Counted from the first letter of the stretch, positions 24,750 to 40,500 are shown. The stretch: DNA of 64,000 nt from Blasia pusilla (GCA_050084515.1 CM114271.1:23188001-23252000); one strand, 5' to 3'. Notes: generated by a model not told the origin, from the letters alone. Made by a program: numbers and translations.

Positions 24750-26589
24750 GTCTATTGAGTGTTTAGTTCAATATGCTTTCTTGCATATTGAACTTAGGAA
24801 TGGTGTGAGGGTGTAAGTATTAACACACCTCTTGACCTTGAACGTTTCCGACAATCGGAAAAATTTAATGCACTTGGAACACAAGCAAAAAGTCGCTTCT
24901 GTTCCTCAGAGTAGCAGTAATGTATTCACTCCATAGGGTCTCGCCAGAGGGAGGTTTGCAAGGCTGGTTTGTCATGAGGGATCGAACCCTTGCCCATGAA
25001 TGCAGCAAACATGTTCACACTCTACACTGAAATCTGAATTCTGCCCACCTCGATCTCCTTTTTTCAATAAGGCCTATTCAAGGACACAAACAGGCATACA
25101 AGAAGGGATCAAAGAATATTTACCTTCACATTCAAGCACATGCCGAAAATGTAGAGCAACCACTGCAATGCAAAGATAAACTTTGAACATTAACCTGTTG
25201 CCTACTTCAAGTGTTGCAAACGCAGATCCATTCGCAAATTGGCTCTAGCACCAGGCTCTTCTTCTTCTCAGAATGGCTAGTAAATCTCTACTATCATTAC
25301 TCTCATGGACCAGGGCTACTTTGTAACCATGTTGGACCAGGGCTAACCCCTAACACCCTCAGACCTTGTATAGTCCGAGAGGATCCATGTCACTCCTACT
25401 ATACGCTATTGAATACATACAAAAAGGATTATATAAGAATGCATATATATGTCTATATTTGCATTCTTTATATTCATATTTACTGTATGTATAAATATGA
25501 ATATAAAGTATAGACTAGAGGCTGAAGCTTGAGTAATATGTATCGGGTACTAGGTATAGTGGCTAAATGTTATATCAAAATTCCCAAATATATCCACCCT
25601 ACTTTTCTACACATAGATGCCTATGCAGGTCAGGTTGTTGAAGGCAATAATAATTTAGGGAAATTTCGTTTTGGTCGCACTTTTTAGTTTATTATATATA
25701 AATCGTCTCTTGAAAGATAATAATTCCCTTATTTCTTGAATCTTAACTCTTTTCTACTTAATAAAAGAAAACGAATAACTTACTAAGTCTCTCTTGCTCT
25801 TTCAATATTAGCCTCTCTCCTAGGCTCTAGCACAATTCCCTAAAATCAACCATCTCTAAACTTCTCCTTCTATTGAAGGAAAATTGACCAAAAATCATCA
25901 TGATAGGGGCTCGTGAAATAGTCGTGCATGTATGAAAGCTGCATGTATGAGCGGAGCGGATAGGAAGGCGGGCAACTATGGAGGGAGGGAAAGGATGAGA
26001 AGGAGAGGAGAGAGAGGACAGGTAGGGTAATATACCGGAACAAAGAGCGAGTCTTCTTCTTCGTTTTGATCCACACCATGACTCGTATAGTGAGGTTTTT
26101 TATTTTTATTTTTTTTAGACTATGCTTCTATTAGGGTTTCTTGTGTATGCATTAGGTTTCACACGTTGTTATGTGACGACGCTCCCAAGTAATTTCCTTT
26201 CATTCATCCCTCCCTCCCTTCTACGTTCATCTTCATTTGTCACCCTTATTTCTCGCTCATGCTTGATTCATGGTTGTCGTCATCACTTCATCCTTACGTA
26301 GACCCTTTTCCCATCCATTTTCATATGCATTTACCTATTCTCTTCCCACATCCTAGTATTGCCATGAAGCCACTAGTTATGTTTGGGGAGGGGGTTTGGG
26401 ACTAGGAGTCCTAGGTAGTGAAGATAGATGAAATTTTATTCAGGGGGGTCTTTACCGCAGACGGAAAGAGAGTCGATTAACATGACTGCTAGTTCGAACG
26501 GGGAAAATATGGGCGGTTTTAGTGGGATTTGACTTCCATGATTGATGGAGGGGATCTTGTTCTCTTCTTGATAAGCTGTATCCATGCCT

Positions 26590-29500
26590 CGACCCACACC
26601 AATTCCTCGACGAAATCACTAAAATATGTCACAAATCTTGGAATTACAAAGTGGCCTAGTACGTATGTGCGCTCACAGAAGAGCTTTGATGGAACTTGAA
26701 CATGGAGATAACTTGACATACGAAAATGCGATACCGCTGCGGCTCCCGACTATTTCACTACTCGGGAAACTAGGATTTTTTCCCTTCTTTTCTTCATTCC
26801 TATTTATAGAAAAATAGGGTGTCTCCCACCCTGATGCAGTATAGGGTTGGAAAATCCTAGTAACGCTATTCCATAAACCATCAACGCCATATTTCTATGA
26901 CTCCTTCGACGTCTAAGTCAAAAAGGCCAATCTAGGCTTCTCCTCATATAAGGGGGCGATCAGATTAATGGTGGTGAGAGAGAAGTGGATGTTGATAATC
27001 CAAAAATGCGATCATTATACAAGTCAGGAACCTAAAATTGCCCATAATATCTACTTGAGACCATCTTACGTAAGACAAGTCCTCGCTATAAATCCTCTTC
27101 ATCTCCAACTACTTTCTTAATTGACTATCGCATTACCATCATTCAAAAGTATATCAATTTCCACAAGTGTTTTTTCAATGCCATGTCATTCGTGGACTCG
27201 TCTTTAGTTGCATGGAATCTAGATTCTCCTAATGCATCAAACATCCAATGAATTATTGAAGCATTAAAATAATTCATGATATAAGAATAGCTATTAATAA
27301 CCTCTATAAGGATTATAAATGCTTGCTTGAACTAATGAATCCATCCACTGGTCTAGTTATCCTCCCTTGTAGTGTAGTCCATAGTATACTCAAATCATCC
27401 TAGGATGAGGGTCACGTTACACATAGTATGTCATATAATCCTTACCATGCCGAACTTAATATGTTGCAAGATATGACTTATTCCTTACAAGTGCACGTAG
27501 GAGCAATTATTTTGACATATTTGACAACGATTGTCATCTTATTCAAACATGAGGTGAACTTTAGAGAGCCTTTTGATAATTCTCAACAAATTCATCAGGT
27601 GCATCAACTAATAAGAGATTAACCAAAGAAACCAACACATTCCCCTTCCTCTTCCCCTTCTTCAAGGAATTTTTTCCAAGTGTAGGTTCTTTTGCATACC
27701 ATATGAAATTGAGATCCAAATAGTATTCAGCCCTTTCTCACTATACAAGCCCTACCCCTTAAGTTATGCACCAACTAAGACAATCCATCTCTCTATGCTC
27801 TTCATCTTGTTCCTTCATTCTTAATGGAGACCTTGACAATTTAAGGAAAGCTAAACCCCAATTTGCAAAGGAAACCTTATATTATAATTTATCAAAACAC
27901 TCACTCGGTCCTCATCTACTGAATACATTAGCTTGATATCGTAGACCTTTTAAGGATCTCAAAGATATGGTCAATATGTGGGATATGCCATACTTATTCC
28001 TCACCCTTATATCCAATAAAGCCTCAACTACCAAATGGATGGAGAAGTAGAGAATCCAACACAAAAATTCAACACTAAAAAAGGATGCACATACAAAAGA
28101 GCACATTCCTCTCCCAATTAATCTTTTCGAGTTTACAAATCCTTGGTCATATTTTAGCTTATCTATTGAGGTATGAGTTGAAGGGAAGGGGAAGTTTTCA
28201 CTGCCACATGATTTTTTGGGTTGAGAACTTAGATATGATCGTATTGTATCCAAAATTTGTACATACATTCCCATCTATCCATCTTCCTCATCAAGTGCTC
28301 ATTCCACACATGCTAGCTATCAAAGGAAAAATACAATCCTAGCTAATTTTGTAATGAGTAAGCAACTACAATAATATACGTGTTGGAGGCTTGGATTTCC
28401 TACTTATACAAATCTCAATACACAATCATTTATTCACCCAAAAACTATGAGATTGACATACTAAAAAACATCTCAAGTTCATCACAATGTTATTCGCTAC
28501 TATCCTCTAGTTTTACTACTTTGGGGAGTACATATGAATATTCAACGAGTTACACACAAAATTGATCATTCTATCTTATTAAGTATGCACTCAAATCTGA
28601 ACCCAATAGATCCTTGGATATTGACATAGAGCCTGCTAGATGCCTTGGTCCTAAGAGCTGGGTAAGGTTAGACTCCAACTTGTTTGGTGTTGTGTTAAAC
28701 TGTTATCCTTGAACTCCATGCAAATACCTATCATATTTAGGTCTTACTTTGTAAAATACATTGATTTGAACCCTCCATCATATTAGACTTCACTATACAA
28801 GAATGCTTCCCTACCTTGTATTCATCTTGTGGTACTTTACTCAAACAAGCCATCCTCCCTAGAAGATTTATCTTTCAATCAATATTGGTTGAATTATGAT
28901 ATTTGTAGATAAATACTCAAGTATAGTTATTTGGATCGATTCTCTTGTAACTATGTCTATTCCACTTCCAAACTTGTTAGATTTATAGGATTCCATCCAT
29001 TACATCAATGGAACGAGTTCTTTTTATAGCATACTATTACAACATGTTTCATTTAGATCACATGAACTACTTCTTTCTCCAAATTCCTCTGAGGAAACAT
29101 ATCTTCATAAATATCTACATCAAGGTTTGTTAAAACATATGGATTATAGTATATTTCTTAACATTCATGTGTGTTCAAAACGGGTGGAGTATTATCCATG
29201 CATCGAAAATACTATCTAAATGTGCATACATTCTCAAGCTACTTTTTGACATGGATTTGAAATTTTTACTACTTATTTCTACACCTCTCCCACCATAAAA
29301 AGATCAAACACGTACTTAGCAAGACCATGAGCTCAACACAAATGTGCTAAACACATGGCAAGAAAGTCTATTCACAAAGATCAAGGATAGATCTTCATGA
29401 TTTTTTCTTCTTTAGGGAGTTTTGGGTTTTGGGAAAGTGTTTTCATTAATTTCATGTATAAATATTAGAAGTCCAAAGGGCAATCTACTTCTTCTTGTAG

Positions 29501-30870
29501 CTATTTAAATTATTCCAACCATTCAGTTATATATAGGAACAATAATAGTCCAAAATGCCTTCTACATTCCAATATGGGATGACATACCTCATATGCATGC
29601 TACATCTGATGGCCACCATAAGCTAAAGAGAGATGATATTATTACTATAGATGAATTTTCCATGCTCATCCCTTGGCTTATGCAAATTAAAGCCATGAGA
29701 TTAAATGAGCGTAGACCATGTTATGGAAATAATCCATTCTCTAGCAGACTAGTTTTCTTGCAGGGGACATGGCACAACCATGGTTGCACGAGAACGGAGA
29801 AGTCCTTCCCTATGAGGGACATGGACATATGAGTTTGGATATGTCCATGGACATAGATTGCAAGATATGGGATCCACACTTATAGTTCATGACGGAAGGC
29901 AAGGCAAGGGTGCGCGCTTGGGGGTAATAAGGGGGGAGGGAGTGGAGGTGGAGCGAGGAAGAAACATGAGAGTATGGAACACAAAGGCAGTGGGAAGAAT
30001 GAGAAAGAAGGAAAAGGTGGGGCCCATATATCCAAGTCCTTCCATATAACGGATGTAAGTCTGCGGACATGGATATGTCCACGGACATGAACTTTATCCA
30101 CATTCAACCTTAGGGACAACTACCTCTTGTCTACACACCACAAGTTTTTGTAATTTTGGAAATATATGTCATTTACTATCTTTTCCATTTATCAATAGGA
30201 TTGAAAAACTTTAGTTATTTAGACTCATGAGACATGCTAAACGACCTAATTACCTAAAGTTTCTTAACAATCTACTCTTGCCTAAAGGATTTTTTTGTTG
30301 ATGAATCTATTGCTATAGAATTTATTCAAATTAATGCTCTCATAATATATTAGCATCATATTGATGTGCATCTTTCTAACACAAAGTCTCAATAGATTCT
30401 TTGATAAAGCCTCCATTCTTCCAATAGAAGTATTGACCGATGTACAATTTCAACCTAAATTCAACTCTCGGTTAGTAGATGATTACTTCCACCAATTATG
30501 AGATATTTCTATTGGATGTTCTATAATGCTTACTTCCAACGTAAATCTTAGAATTCAAACGAATTGTGACTCTTGTGGAACAATTTCAAATGTGCAATAT
30601 ATAGATCAAGTCGTACATTCCATTAATTTGAAAATTAATTCCTCAATCCACTTTCTCAATATAATTAGATCAAACTTCTCTACACTAAGGTATGGATCTA
30701 ACTATAAGTATTACTGAAAGTACATTTTCACTTACACTTGAGTATGTAATAACATGGCATAAGAGTCGTGATAGTCCATGCTTGGTGCTTGTTGGTCATA
30801 AAATATGCTATTACTATTGGCCTAGTATATGTAATTTTTTCTTGTGTTTAGACTAGGAAATAATTATGTA
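26590..30870 (+). mobile_element. Decayed Helitron RepHel (HUH Rep plus PIF1 helicase)
   Basis: HUH motif RYELKGRGSFHCHMIFW (ORF 28085-28342); helicase IITIDEFSML (about 29640); GDMAQLPLV after MITE removal; IMLTSNVN; FSLTLEYVITWHKS (about 30725-30770); GLVYV. Element ends not resolved. Confidence 0.8.
29779..30112. mobile_element. hAT-type MITE inserted in the Helitron helicase
   Basis: TIR-like ends catggttgca...ttcaacctta; 8-bp TSD ggcacaac/gggacaac; homologous to 31740-32046. Confidence 0.85.
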
Positions 30871-31739
30871 TACTTGGCAAGTTGAGATATAGTGATCTTG
30901 TGACAATTGGTCATCAATTGTAGTCGCTTTGTAACTTTTCCTCCCCATCTACACTATGCAAGATCTCTAACTATGACAACTCATCTAGGACCAAAGATAA
31001 GAAACCAACAGCACTTCTTCAACTATAACCCATACACAACAACTTCAATAGTCATCATTTACTACTCCCCAGCTCTACAATCAAGAGAAAAAATCTCACC
31101 AAAAACACCAATCCAACATAAACAACTCTCAACTTCAAGTAACATCTCTAGAGGTTCACCAATTTATTTCTATATATCATCCATTCTCCTTCTAACCATT
31201 CAATAGATAGCCAAGTTATATGGACTCTGCCTCTATGATACTCCATGACATCTAGAGCATTCCTTAGTCATATATTCCACGCACTATCCAACCCACTTAG
31301 AATCAACAGAGGTTTTGTGACAACCTTTGCTTGTTCCAGCATGGGATACCAAGCTTCCAGATTCAGGCCATTATATCTCAAGGAAAATCATAGGACGAGA
31401 ATTTCCGTATCCTAAACAAGGAAGCCCCTACTACAAGAGAGAATCTTCCTAATCTCTTTCGTGTTTTACATTATGTATGCATTAAAGATGGTTATTTTCT
31501 TTGCATTATTTCCTCTCTATAAAAATAATAGGTGTACAAAAGGAAGCCTTATGCCATAAAAAGATAGATTTCAAGAAGATATCCCTTACCCGATAGTAGG
31601 GAAACAAATTGTTTATAATGGCATCTAGAGGAATTTGTCTCGATTAACTTAGAACCCTACGCCATGAGTTTCATCTCCCATTACTTATGGTCATACACTT
31701 CACTAACTCCAAAGCATCAATTGCATCACACTTGATCAA

Positions 31740-32046
31740 TATGGTTGCACAAAAGTGGACAAGTCCGTCCTTAGGACGGATATGGTTGGAAATTTCCATG
31801 GACATGGATTGTAAAAGATGGGGCCCACACTTATAATTCATAATGGAAGGTAGGAAAAGGGTAGGGCAATAAGGGGTAGAAATCGGGTGTGGAGGGAGGA
31901 AGAAATGGAAAAGTACGGAATACATAGGCAAGTGGGAGGAATGAGAAAGAAGAGGAAGGTGGAGCCTACATGGATAAGTCCTTCCATAAGACAGACGTAA
32001 GTATCGACATGTCCGCACACATGGACTTTATCCATATGCAAACTTG
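31740..32046. mobile_element. hAT-type MITE, second copy
   Basis: Ends tatggttgca...tgcaaacttg; perfect 8-bp TSD ttgatcaa at 31732-31739 and 32047-32054. Confidence 0.88.
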
Positions 32047-34849
32047 TTGATCAATAGGATAAAGCTAGCTAATAATTGTGAAATTATTGAGTTCACACTT
32101 GCTACCACAAGCATTGATATAACACACATTATTCCCATTCTGCCTCATTATGATGACAATCTTGCCACAACCAATACATCTGATCAACCTTATGATCGTC
32201 CTCAATATAAGCCCAACTTTGTTGTTACATCTCAAGTGTACCTAGTACAACCAAGTAAACAACTTTGGCTGCTAAAATTTGTTGATGTTTATTTATTTAT
32301 TTATTACTATCTCCATTCCTTTCATTTTACTATCACCGCTCATTCTCCAGATGTGAATATATTACAGATAATCCATGGTCGAGTTATCTATGACATCAAG
32401 TTTTTTTATGTTCAATGGAACTAAGGAATGGAAGTATCTATCTATATATATATTTTTACAACATATTACATTGATATGTTATATTTGTTTCAACTATTAT
32501 ACATATTTTGGATACCCAATTAGACAGCATATATATCTTAATGGAATTTTTTTATACCTCATTCTATAGATATTTTTTTCTCAGTTGAATTGAATTTGTA
32601 ATTTCTTCCAAACAAAAAATATATATGCATGTCAACTTTTTGTTGTAGTTCTCTATGTACAATCATGTAAGGATTAGTGAATATACATTTGCAATGTTCC
32701 CCTTTTATATATTCTTGATTTATCACATATGTGGAATCCTGGAGTTAGTTCTTTACATATAAATCATATTAATCCTACTTATTGCTTACTTTCGGTGGAC
32801 TTGATTGAAATAGAGCAGTCCTTTATAGCCTCCTTTCTTACAAAGGGCTTCTCCATATATAGTTTGTCATGAAATTTTCTATTACACTTGGTAATGATAT
32901 AACATTTACATTACTTCACATACATGATTTATTTATTCTTCTAAAACTAGAGGTAAACCCTACGCCCAATGAATTTCTCCATTTCCATGTTAAAATCTAA
33001 TTTAATTCAAATCTAACAAGATCTCTTGACATGTTCTTGTAGGATAGGAGAGTTTCAAGGCATTCATCCTATATACCTGTCATTTCATACAAGGTTAAAA
33101 CGATTCAACACTCTTCATCAAGGCCATCACACATTCTAGTTTTTAGTACACATGCAACTACACCATTGCATGCATATGAAGGAGTCATATCCAAATTGGA
33201 AAATGCTCATGATCAGATTGATAGGTTAGAGAGGACTATCAATAACATTAACAATGACTATGTGCTCTCTATGAAGAGAATGATATTCGCATGAACTTGA
33301 TATCATACTTCACTAGTAAGTTAAAGTAAGCACATGCTCAATTTGAAGACTTCATGAGAGAAGTTGAAGCTTTGATAGAGTCTAGTCCCAAGCTGAAAGT
33401 GCAAGTAGCACTCATCCTCATCCAGTCTATGCTATGCCAATACAGATATGCTTATCTACAACATGAAGATTAGTCTTGCTCATCATTTTACTATGATAAA
33501 AGTAAATAATTTTCCTTATGTCAATCATTTACAATAAGTTTTTTAACTAAAATTTCCAATTCTTACAATCTTATTTTCCACTTCGAAAATATTTTTTATA
33601 TATACTATTTGCAGCTAGAATGTAAGCTATAGTCAAGCTCACGTTCGGAATGATTAAGTAGTTCCAAATTCTTGAACGAGTAAAGAATCCAGGACAACAA
33701 GGGCATTTTGTATTCTGACTAGACGACCTACAAGTTCCCTTGTTGTTACCTGCACACATTGAATATGAAAAAATTTCATTTCTGTTAGGGTTTAGGGAAT
33801 GCTTTCCAACCAAACTTGCTTTTGGAGAAAATCCCCCATTGGATCCTGAATTCCTTACTGCCTCTTCTAAACGCTTGTTGGTTTCCAAAAGAAACCCCGA
33901 GATTATCCAATCTTCCAAATATGAAGAGGAGTGAGGATGGTAATGCTTGCAAACTATGTCAGCTAAGGGAAAGTTTGCACTCGACTTGTTGTGAATAATG
34001 GGGCTCACCCATGTTTCAACAGATCCCTGGTTCCCCGATAGGAAACTTGTAACGTTCTCTTATTTTTTAACATTTATTTCTTCTGTCCGCAATCCGCAAG
34101 AATCTAGGAATTTTGGATGGATAGATATGTTGCATGTATCCTCTGGGAAAATGTACCTTCAACCTACCCTTCGTACTAGCTCATGCACGACGTTGGTCGA
34201 TATGTAAAAGTCAAAAAGTAGGCATTCTTCAAGTTCAAGAAAATCTTGCACAATGTGGACATCACACGGTTATCAAATCAAGCAGAGGTGCGGAAATTCA
34301 TAGAGCAATAGCATTGAGGCAAAAATAGGCTCGAAACGAAAGTAGCGAAACAAACCCAAGTGATTTCACAAGCAAGAATGATTTTGATTGTAAAAGATGG
34401 AGATATCGCCCTAAACCCTAAATGTAGAAGCTTAAGCAACCTGCCGTGATTTCACAGCAATGTAACAATTCGACAAAAAATACCCGAATCCACCCAAAAG
34501 GTGGAAACATGCGAATGAATAACACGTCTACGTCGAAAAGCTGCTCTTGCCGCTGATTCCTTTGGGTTCATCAGAGCAAAAGATTAACATCACCAAAGGC
34601 CCGGCGACTTCGGCAAAGCAAAGAGGCGTTAGTAAGACAATAGAGGCAAAGGCAAAGGGAAGCCGAACGACTAAGGTAGCTCAACACTCACTAAATAACG
34701 TTTTTACTGGACTTCACCTTCAAATCACTTTTTCTCTTGTCCTATGCACCAAAATAAAAGGATTTTTTCTTTTCTCACTCCACCAAAGGAAGTTAAAAGA
34801 TTCCGAAAATTTCTACCTTCACATGCTGGATATGGAAACCCCACAAGAG

Positions 34850-35350
34850 TGACCACAAATTTTGAGCTCCAATGTCAAAATTGCACATTGTTTCCTCAAC
34901 AACGTGCACGACTTCATCAAATTATCTTTTTTATCTGACCTTCGATTTGAAATTGGCGGCAACTACGGTGCAGCTCCACTGTCCATGCCAAAAGGTTCAA
35001 TAAAAAAAGAATGAGCTCCAAAGCTCTCTCTTCTTGGATATATCCTTTTCCTCTCCGAAGCTCCATGATAACATATGCTCACATGTCACTTGCTTGGGTC
35101 TTCACATGATATAGAGGTTCAAGGGCCACTTCCCAAAGTGTTAAGTCAACTCTATTCACAATGGTTACTTACAAAACAAAGTAAGTTTCTCTATATAGTT
35201 CCAAATGAGCCGAAATGAAGGGGAAACTGGCTCTCTCAAGCTCTCGAGGGCCTGGCCTTAACACTCCATCCTCAAACTCTTTAGGTTGTCCTCAAATATC
35301 CTTGAAGGGGCTCTACCATAAGCTCGTCGATCTATTCTAAAATACGTGAC
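34850..35350 (-). repeat. Decayed, internally deleted copy of family A LTR-like sequence
   Basis: 34860-34920 resembles 58835-58890, and 35160-35230 resembles 59640-59708, in the same orientation. Confidence 0.6.
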
Positions 35351-37554
35351 ATGTAAATTAAACAAATGTTGGAATAGAGATGCCATTTCTCGTCAAGGTC
35401 ACAAATTTCAACAAGAGATATTTTTTGGCAAAGAGAAAGGAACGTCAAGACATAAGCCAAGTAAGAAAGTGAGATAATTGCCATGAGGAAAGGGGCAATT
35501 TTGATTCAAGTTAGAAAAATGTTAAAATGTCAAAAACTACGGAGAGTGAGGTGCATGTAGGGCTTGATAGTGTGCATGCAACTCAATTATTGTGGGGGTC
35601 GCTGGGAGGGGAGCAAGGGCAAAGGCGGACAACACGCAAATATAGGAGTACAACATCCAATTTTGGGATAATCTCGATAGCAAAGTTTTCCTCAATACAC
35701 TTTGTAGTAAGGTTGGAGGATTGAAATGAACCCAATACAAACATGATATCCAAGAACCTCAAACCATTTTGAAAATTACTAGAAACAAAACCAATTGATT
35801 AACCAAGAGAATTGCTTTTGGACTCTATGTCGGAAGAAGCTAGTTTAGAAATGGAGGAAGTCATGAAAATTAATGAGAGACAAGAGAAAAGGGATATGCA
35901 TTTAGGCCGGTGTGGACCTTAATGGTCACAAGGAGATCCATGCAATGGGTCCATGATTAGAGAGTTTGGAGCATAGTTTTAGGGATGTAGCACCAACCAC
36001 AAGGCATGTTCGCAGCCAACGTAGACAATCATGTAGTTGATTGGATGATATAAGTCCTTGTAGGCCTTTAGGTGGGAACTACATCTACTTACCCCATATA
36101 GAAATAATGGAGATATATACATCCACAACTACCACTTGTGCGTGTTTGTCTAGAGGATGGCGTGGCATGCTAGGTGCATGACAACGACATTGGGTAGGTC
36201 TGTAGTTACAGTAACTCGTCATTTTGTAAACAAGAAATATATTCAATATCCATGCACATTTTTGGGGAACAAGAAGATGGATTATGACATCTAAATATAT
36301 GAATGATATGTTGAATAAAATCTCTTATTTTAATACATTTGCTCCAATCTCTAGTAATTTGCAGAGTTCCACACTCATATTTCAATGAGTTTAGTAATTG
36401 TCATACTTGCAACTTTGTGAGAAAGTTGCTTTTCGCTTGCAAGTAATTTGTGGGTATGCTACAATTGTAGAAATGTGAGCATGAGACTCCAAAATCACTC
36501 ATTTTTTGTGAATATTTTATGATTTTTGTAGTCATGAATTTTGGTATAAGTTTTTGGAGTTTTTGGAGAATAAATATTCACGTAGCGGGAATTTTTTTTG
36601 CCAAGGATTATCAAAATCCCAAAATTTTCTATAGTTAAAAAAAGACCCTTTTAAAATTTTAAATTTTTAATTGATGTTATTTCTTTTATTTTTTCATGAT
36701 CCAAAATCTAAAAAATCCAAAAAATCATTAAAAAAATTTAATTAAAATTTTTCTAGAAGTTTTCAAAGTTGAAAACTTGCATGGAAGAAAATTATAGATT
36801 TAGAAAAGATAAATATAAGGGTATGGCAAAGACATAAAAAGTTGTAAACTAGATAATTTTTTTTGAAAGGAAAAATCCAAATTTAATTTATAAGAATATT
36901 TAAACATAGAGGGATGATATTTTTTAATGAAATTTTTTTCGTGCAATATGATTTTTAACATCTAAATTATTTGTTCCTACTATTAATGATTAGGACTCTA
37001 CCTGTGTGGAAATTTAGATCCTTGAATTTTTGAATCTCCTTTGGAAATTTTCTTTATGGGGTTCCATAAAGTGATTTTTCCGATGGGAGAGATCCAACGG
37101 TGCGAGTAATCGTAGCCGGTTCAATTCAAAAATTACCGATTCATTTAAGACTCGTCGGAAGAAAACTGAGAAGAAATCAAGGGTTTTCTTTGTATGGGAT
37201 ATCTAAAACCCAGTTGGAAATCCAATTTTACCGTTCCCAATTATGAGATTTCGGAAATATTCCCGTTCCCATAGAAAAACTTCTTAGATTATGGATTTGT
37301 CCCTTTATTGATTGAAAAAAGACAATAAGAAGAAGAGTATATTCTAAACCTTTAAGATATTATTCACATAATTGAAAAGTCAAAAGACACATTGAATGAA
37401 TATAACATACATTTTGGGGTAATTTGGAACATGTCTTCAACTAAGGAGTCAAGCTTAATAATTTTGGGTAGTTTTCCAATTTTGACATGTACAAAAGATA
37501 TAGAAACCCAAAGAGATATATGATTCTTGAGAAATCTGAATATGGTTGATGTGA

Positions 37555-40500
37555 CTATGCCTTGGAAACATTTTGTGACTTCAAGATAGAATATTCCTTC
37601 TCGCCGGTATAAGGTGGTAGAATTGTGTATTCCCAAGTGCGAGAATGGAGAACTTTATCAATGAGAGTGTCATCCACGTCAAATCCAACCCTTAAGATTT
37701 CCCAAGGGATACCCAAATATGGTGATTTCTTCCCAGCAAAGAAGGTCATTGTGGGCCTGCAAAAACATTATAAAACAAGTGAGAAAGGTTATTTGGATTT
37801 CAATGTTTAAACAATTTTTATTGACACATGGACGTATATAAAGCATATGTACGTCCATGTGTCCTACGTACCAAGATCCATAGGGATTGCTATTGATAAT
37901 TTCATAAACAAGCTAGACAAGTAAATTAACATATAGAGTCATAAAGGGAAACATTCACATTTCATTCAAGGGTTCCATTCTAAACCTATTGACCACCCTT
38001 TGACTCAATCATGTTGCTTAATAATTTTTTTGCCAAATGCCATGAATGCATAGTAGGGACATAATCCCCCCCAAAAAATGACTACCATGAAGAGGATCAA
38101 AGATTTTTCTAGGCAACGCACTCCTTACTTTCTAATTTATTTTCGCTGAACCACAATTATCTCCAAGTATTTCACTAATAAAATGATCTCTTTCTTGAAT
38201 TCAAAACCAACATTAACTTTTACAACTTCAAAATATGCAGCGTGGAATAAATTTGGGCACTTACTGTGCGTTATCTGAAACGATGAAATGTTGGAGATCA
38301 TCTGCTTCCCTTGCTACAATGAGAAAGCCATATCCTCTCGGAATGGACAATACTTGACCTTCTACAAAATGGATGTCTAGAATTTGCACATTGTTGAAGG
38401 GCTCCACCAACCATACATGGCCTTGACCTTTGATAATATAAATCAGCAAGTTGGCATTTGTGACAAATGCAGGGCCGTACAATGAATTCTGCAAAAAAAA
38501 AAAAACAAACATCCAAACTTTTCCATGTCACTTTGGGAATTCCGCAAATGTTGACATTCACTATACTTATGCCCATTGACATGGAGAACCCCTCCAAAAG
38601 GCTCTTTGTAAGGAATGTATCTTGAGAATTGGTTAGGTGATTTGATAATCATGGTGCTAGATTTAATATGGTCAATCCCATAAAATTCTTCCATGATGTA
38701 AACTTGGTCGTGGAAGGTTTATTTATAAAATAGAAATATTATAAAAAAGTAGGAAAATTTTGACACCATAAATAAAAAAAGATAGCTATTAAGAACATAA
38801 AAATTTGTTCTTATGAACGGATATGAAATATGAAAAGGCATATAGACATAGGCAACTTGAAGGTTTGGAAATGAAATATTTTACTCAATATCTAGAGGAG
38901 ACACTAATTTTTAAATCGATTTTAATGACATAGTAGGAATATAATACGCTACATACCATATTAAGGAAACAAAGAAAGAACTAATAAGGGAATTAAATCT
39001 TCATTCAAACTTTAAGGCAATCCCATAATCATAGACAACATATAACCTAAAGGAATTTCAATACCTCAAATCTTCACTAAGTAGTTACAAAGTATTCACC
39101 TTCAAATAAAACATGGAAAATAAAATTCAAAGTAAATGGGGACATGTACATAAAAGGAGAAAATCATGAAAATACGCTAAATAAAACGGTATGAGAGGGC
39201 CATGCACGTCTATCATATCAAAAGCACGTGTAAAAGTGTATGTAAAGATTTACCTCTCTTTGATAAATGAGCTCTACTCCAAGATTGAATTGGCCCAACA
39301 TCTTGTATTTTTCTTCCTCTGAAGCAACAATAGTCCATTGCTTGCCTCCTCCAGGTATATACACATCGGGCTCTCTTGTGAATGTCTTGAAAACATAGTC
39401 CCCTTTGATGGAGTAGGCCTCGGGATTGTTGAGATATATTTTCATTTCCAACTTCAAGAAGTAGTTCACATTTTGTTGATGAATGAGTCTTTTCGCCATT
39501 CCTTTCTCAATTGCCCATGCATCACCAAGGGTTTGTTCATCAAATCCTAGGTACATGCTACCAGACCCAATAATTGGTAGTACCTACAAAAGTTTCCGAG
39601 CCATCCATTATGTTATGACGTAAAAACTAATCATGTGAAATTGAAGGAAACGAAAATTGCGAAAAAATTCAACACTAAGAGTTAGGAGTTACTATATCAT
39701 TACTTTTTTATTACATATGTACTGAAATAATTTCTTGTGAACTCATACGAAAAGGATTTCATTTTTTCTCTAGCTTTATTTGAGTTTGTTTTGAAAAACT
39801 TTACCGTGATAATCCCGCGTTTGAGAGAATTCGATGTTTCACCAAACGCCACAAATGTGAAGTCCGGAGACCCCTTAGAAACATCGTCGTTGTAAAACCA
39901 GGCTACGGCCTCCTTAGGGATTAGAAAAGCATCTCCTTCTTCAAGAGGAACAAGTTCCACCCAAGTTCCACTTGGATAAACCAATCCCCACTTTGCCGAA
40001 CCTGCATGACCCTTCACACCATTAGGGAGATTTTTTAAATTTTTTTAATGAAAACAGGGATAAGAGATTTCATTAGGGAAAGAAAAAAAATCGATTGAAA
40101 GAATGGAAGTTAAACAAAAACAATATCACACAGTGCAAAGGAGAGGGGGACTTGACTAGGAATATATGAACTGATAAATTTATCATTACTCTCGTGATAC
40201 CTAAGAAGGGACACCTAACTTACCACACCTTTACATAATAATTTCATGGTTTTGTACATGGCAAAGTCTCCTCATCTCTTTCGATGCTTTCTTTACTTAT
40301 GCATGGACGGGAATTTCATGCTTGGTTCTAGCAAGAATTGGGTTCACGGGAGCTCGTGCAAACCCTCGATACGGCTCTCAAGGTATTAGGGGTGTCAAAA
40401 ACCATCCCGGAGCTAGCTTCTCATCAGCCAGCTTGGGTCGATGAGTACATGGAAAATTCGGTACATCCACACTCCTTTTTTAAATCCGGAATGTCACGCT

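Noticed and set aside
24940-25000. tRNA or tRNA-derived SINE (B-box-like ggttcgatccc on the minus strand)
   Set aside because: No cloverleaf or convincing A box could be built.
25753-25775. Helitron 5' terminus (tctacttaataaaag)
   Set aside because: It resembles typical Helitron starts, but the preceding base is not A and no matching 3' end was established.
37823-37863. 18-bp hairpin in the last cupin intron as a miRNA
   Set aside because: Too short for a plant pre-miRNA and no match to conserved miRNAs I recognise; probably a tiny fold-back remnant.
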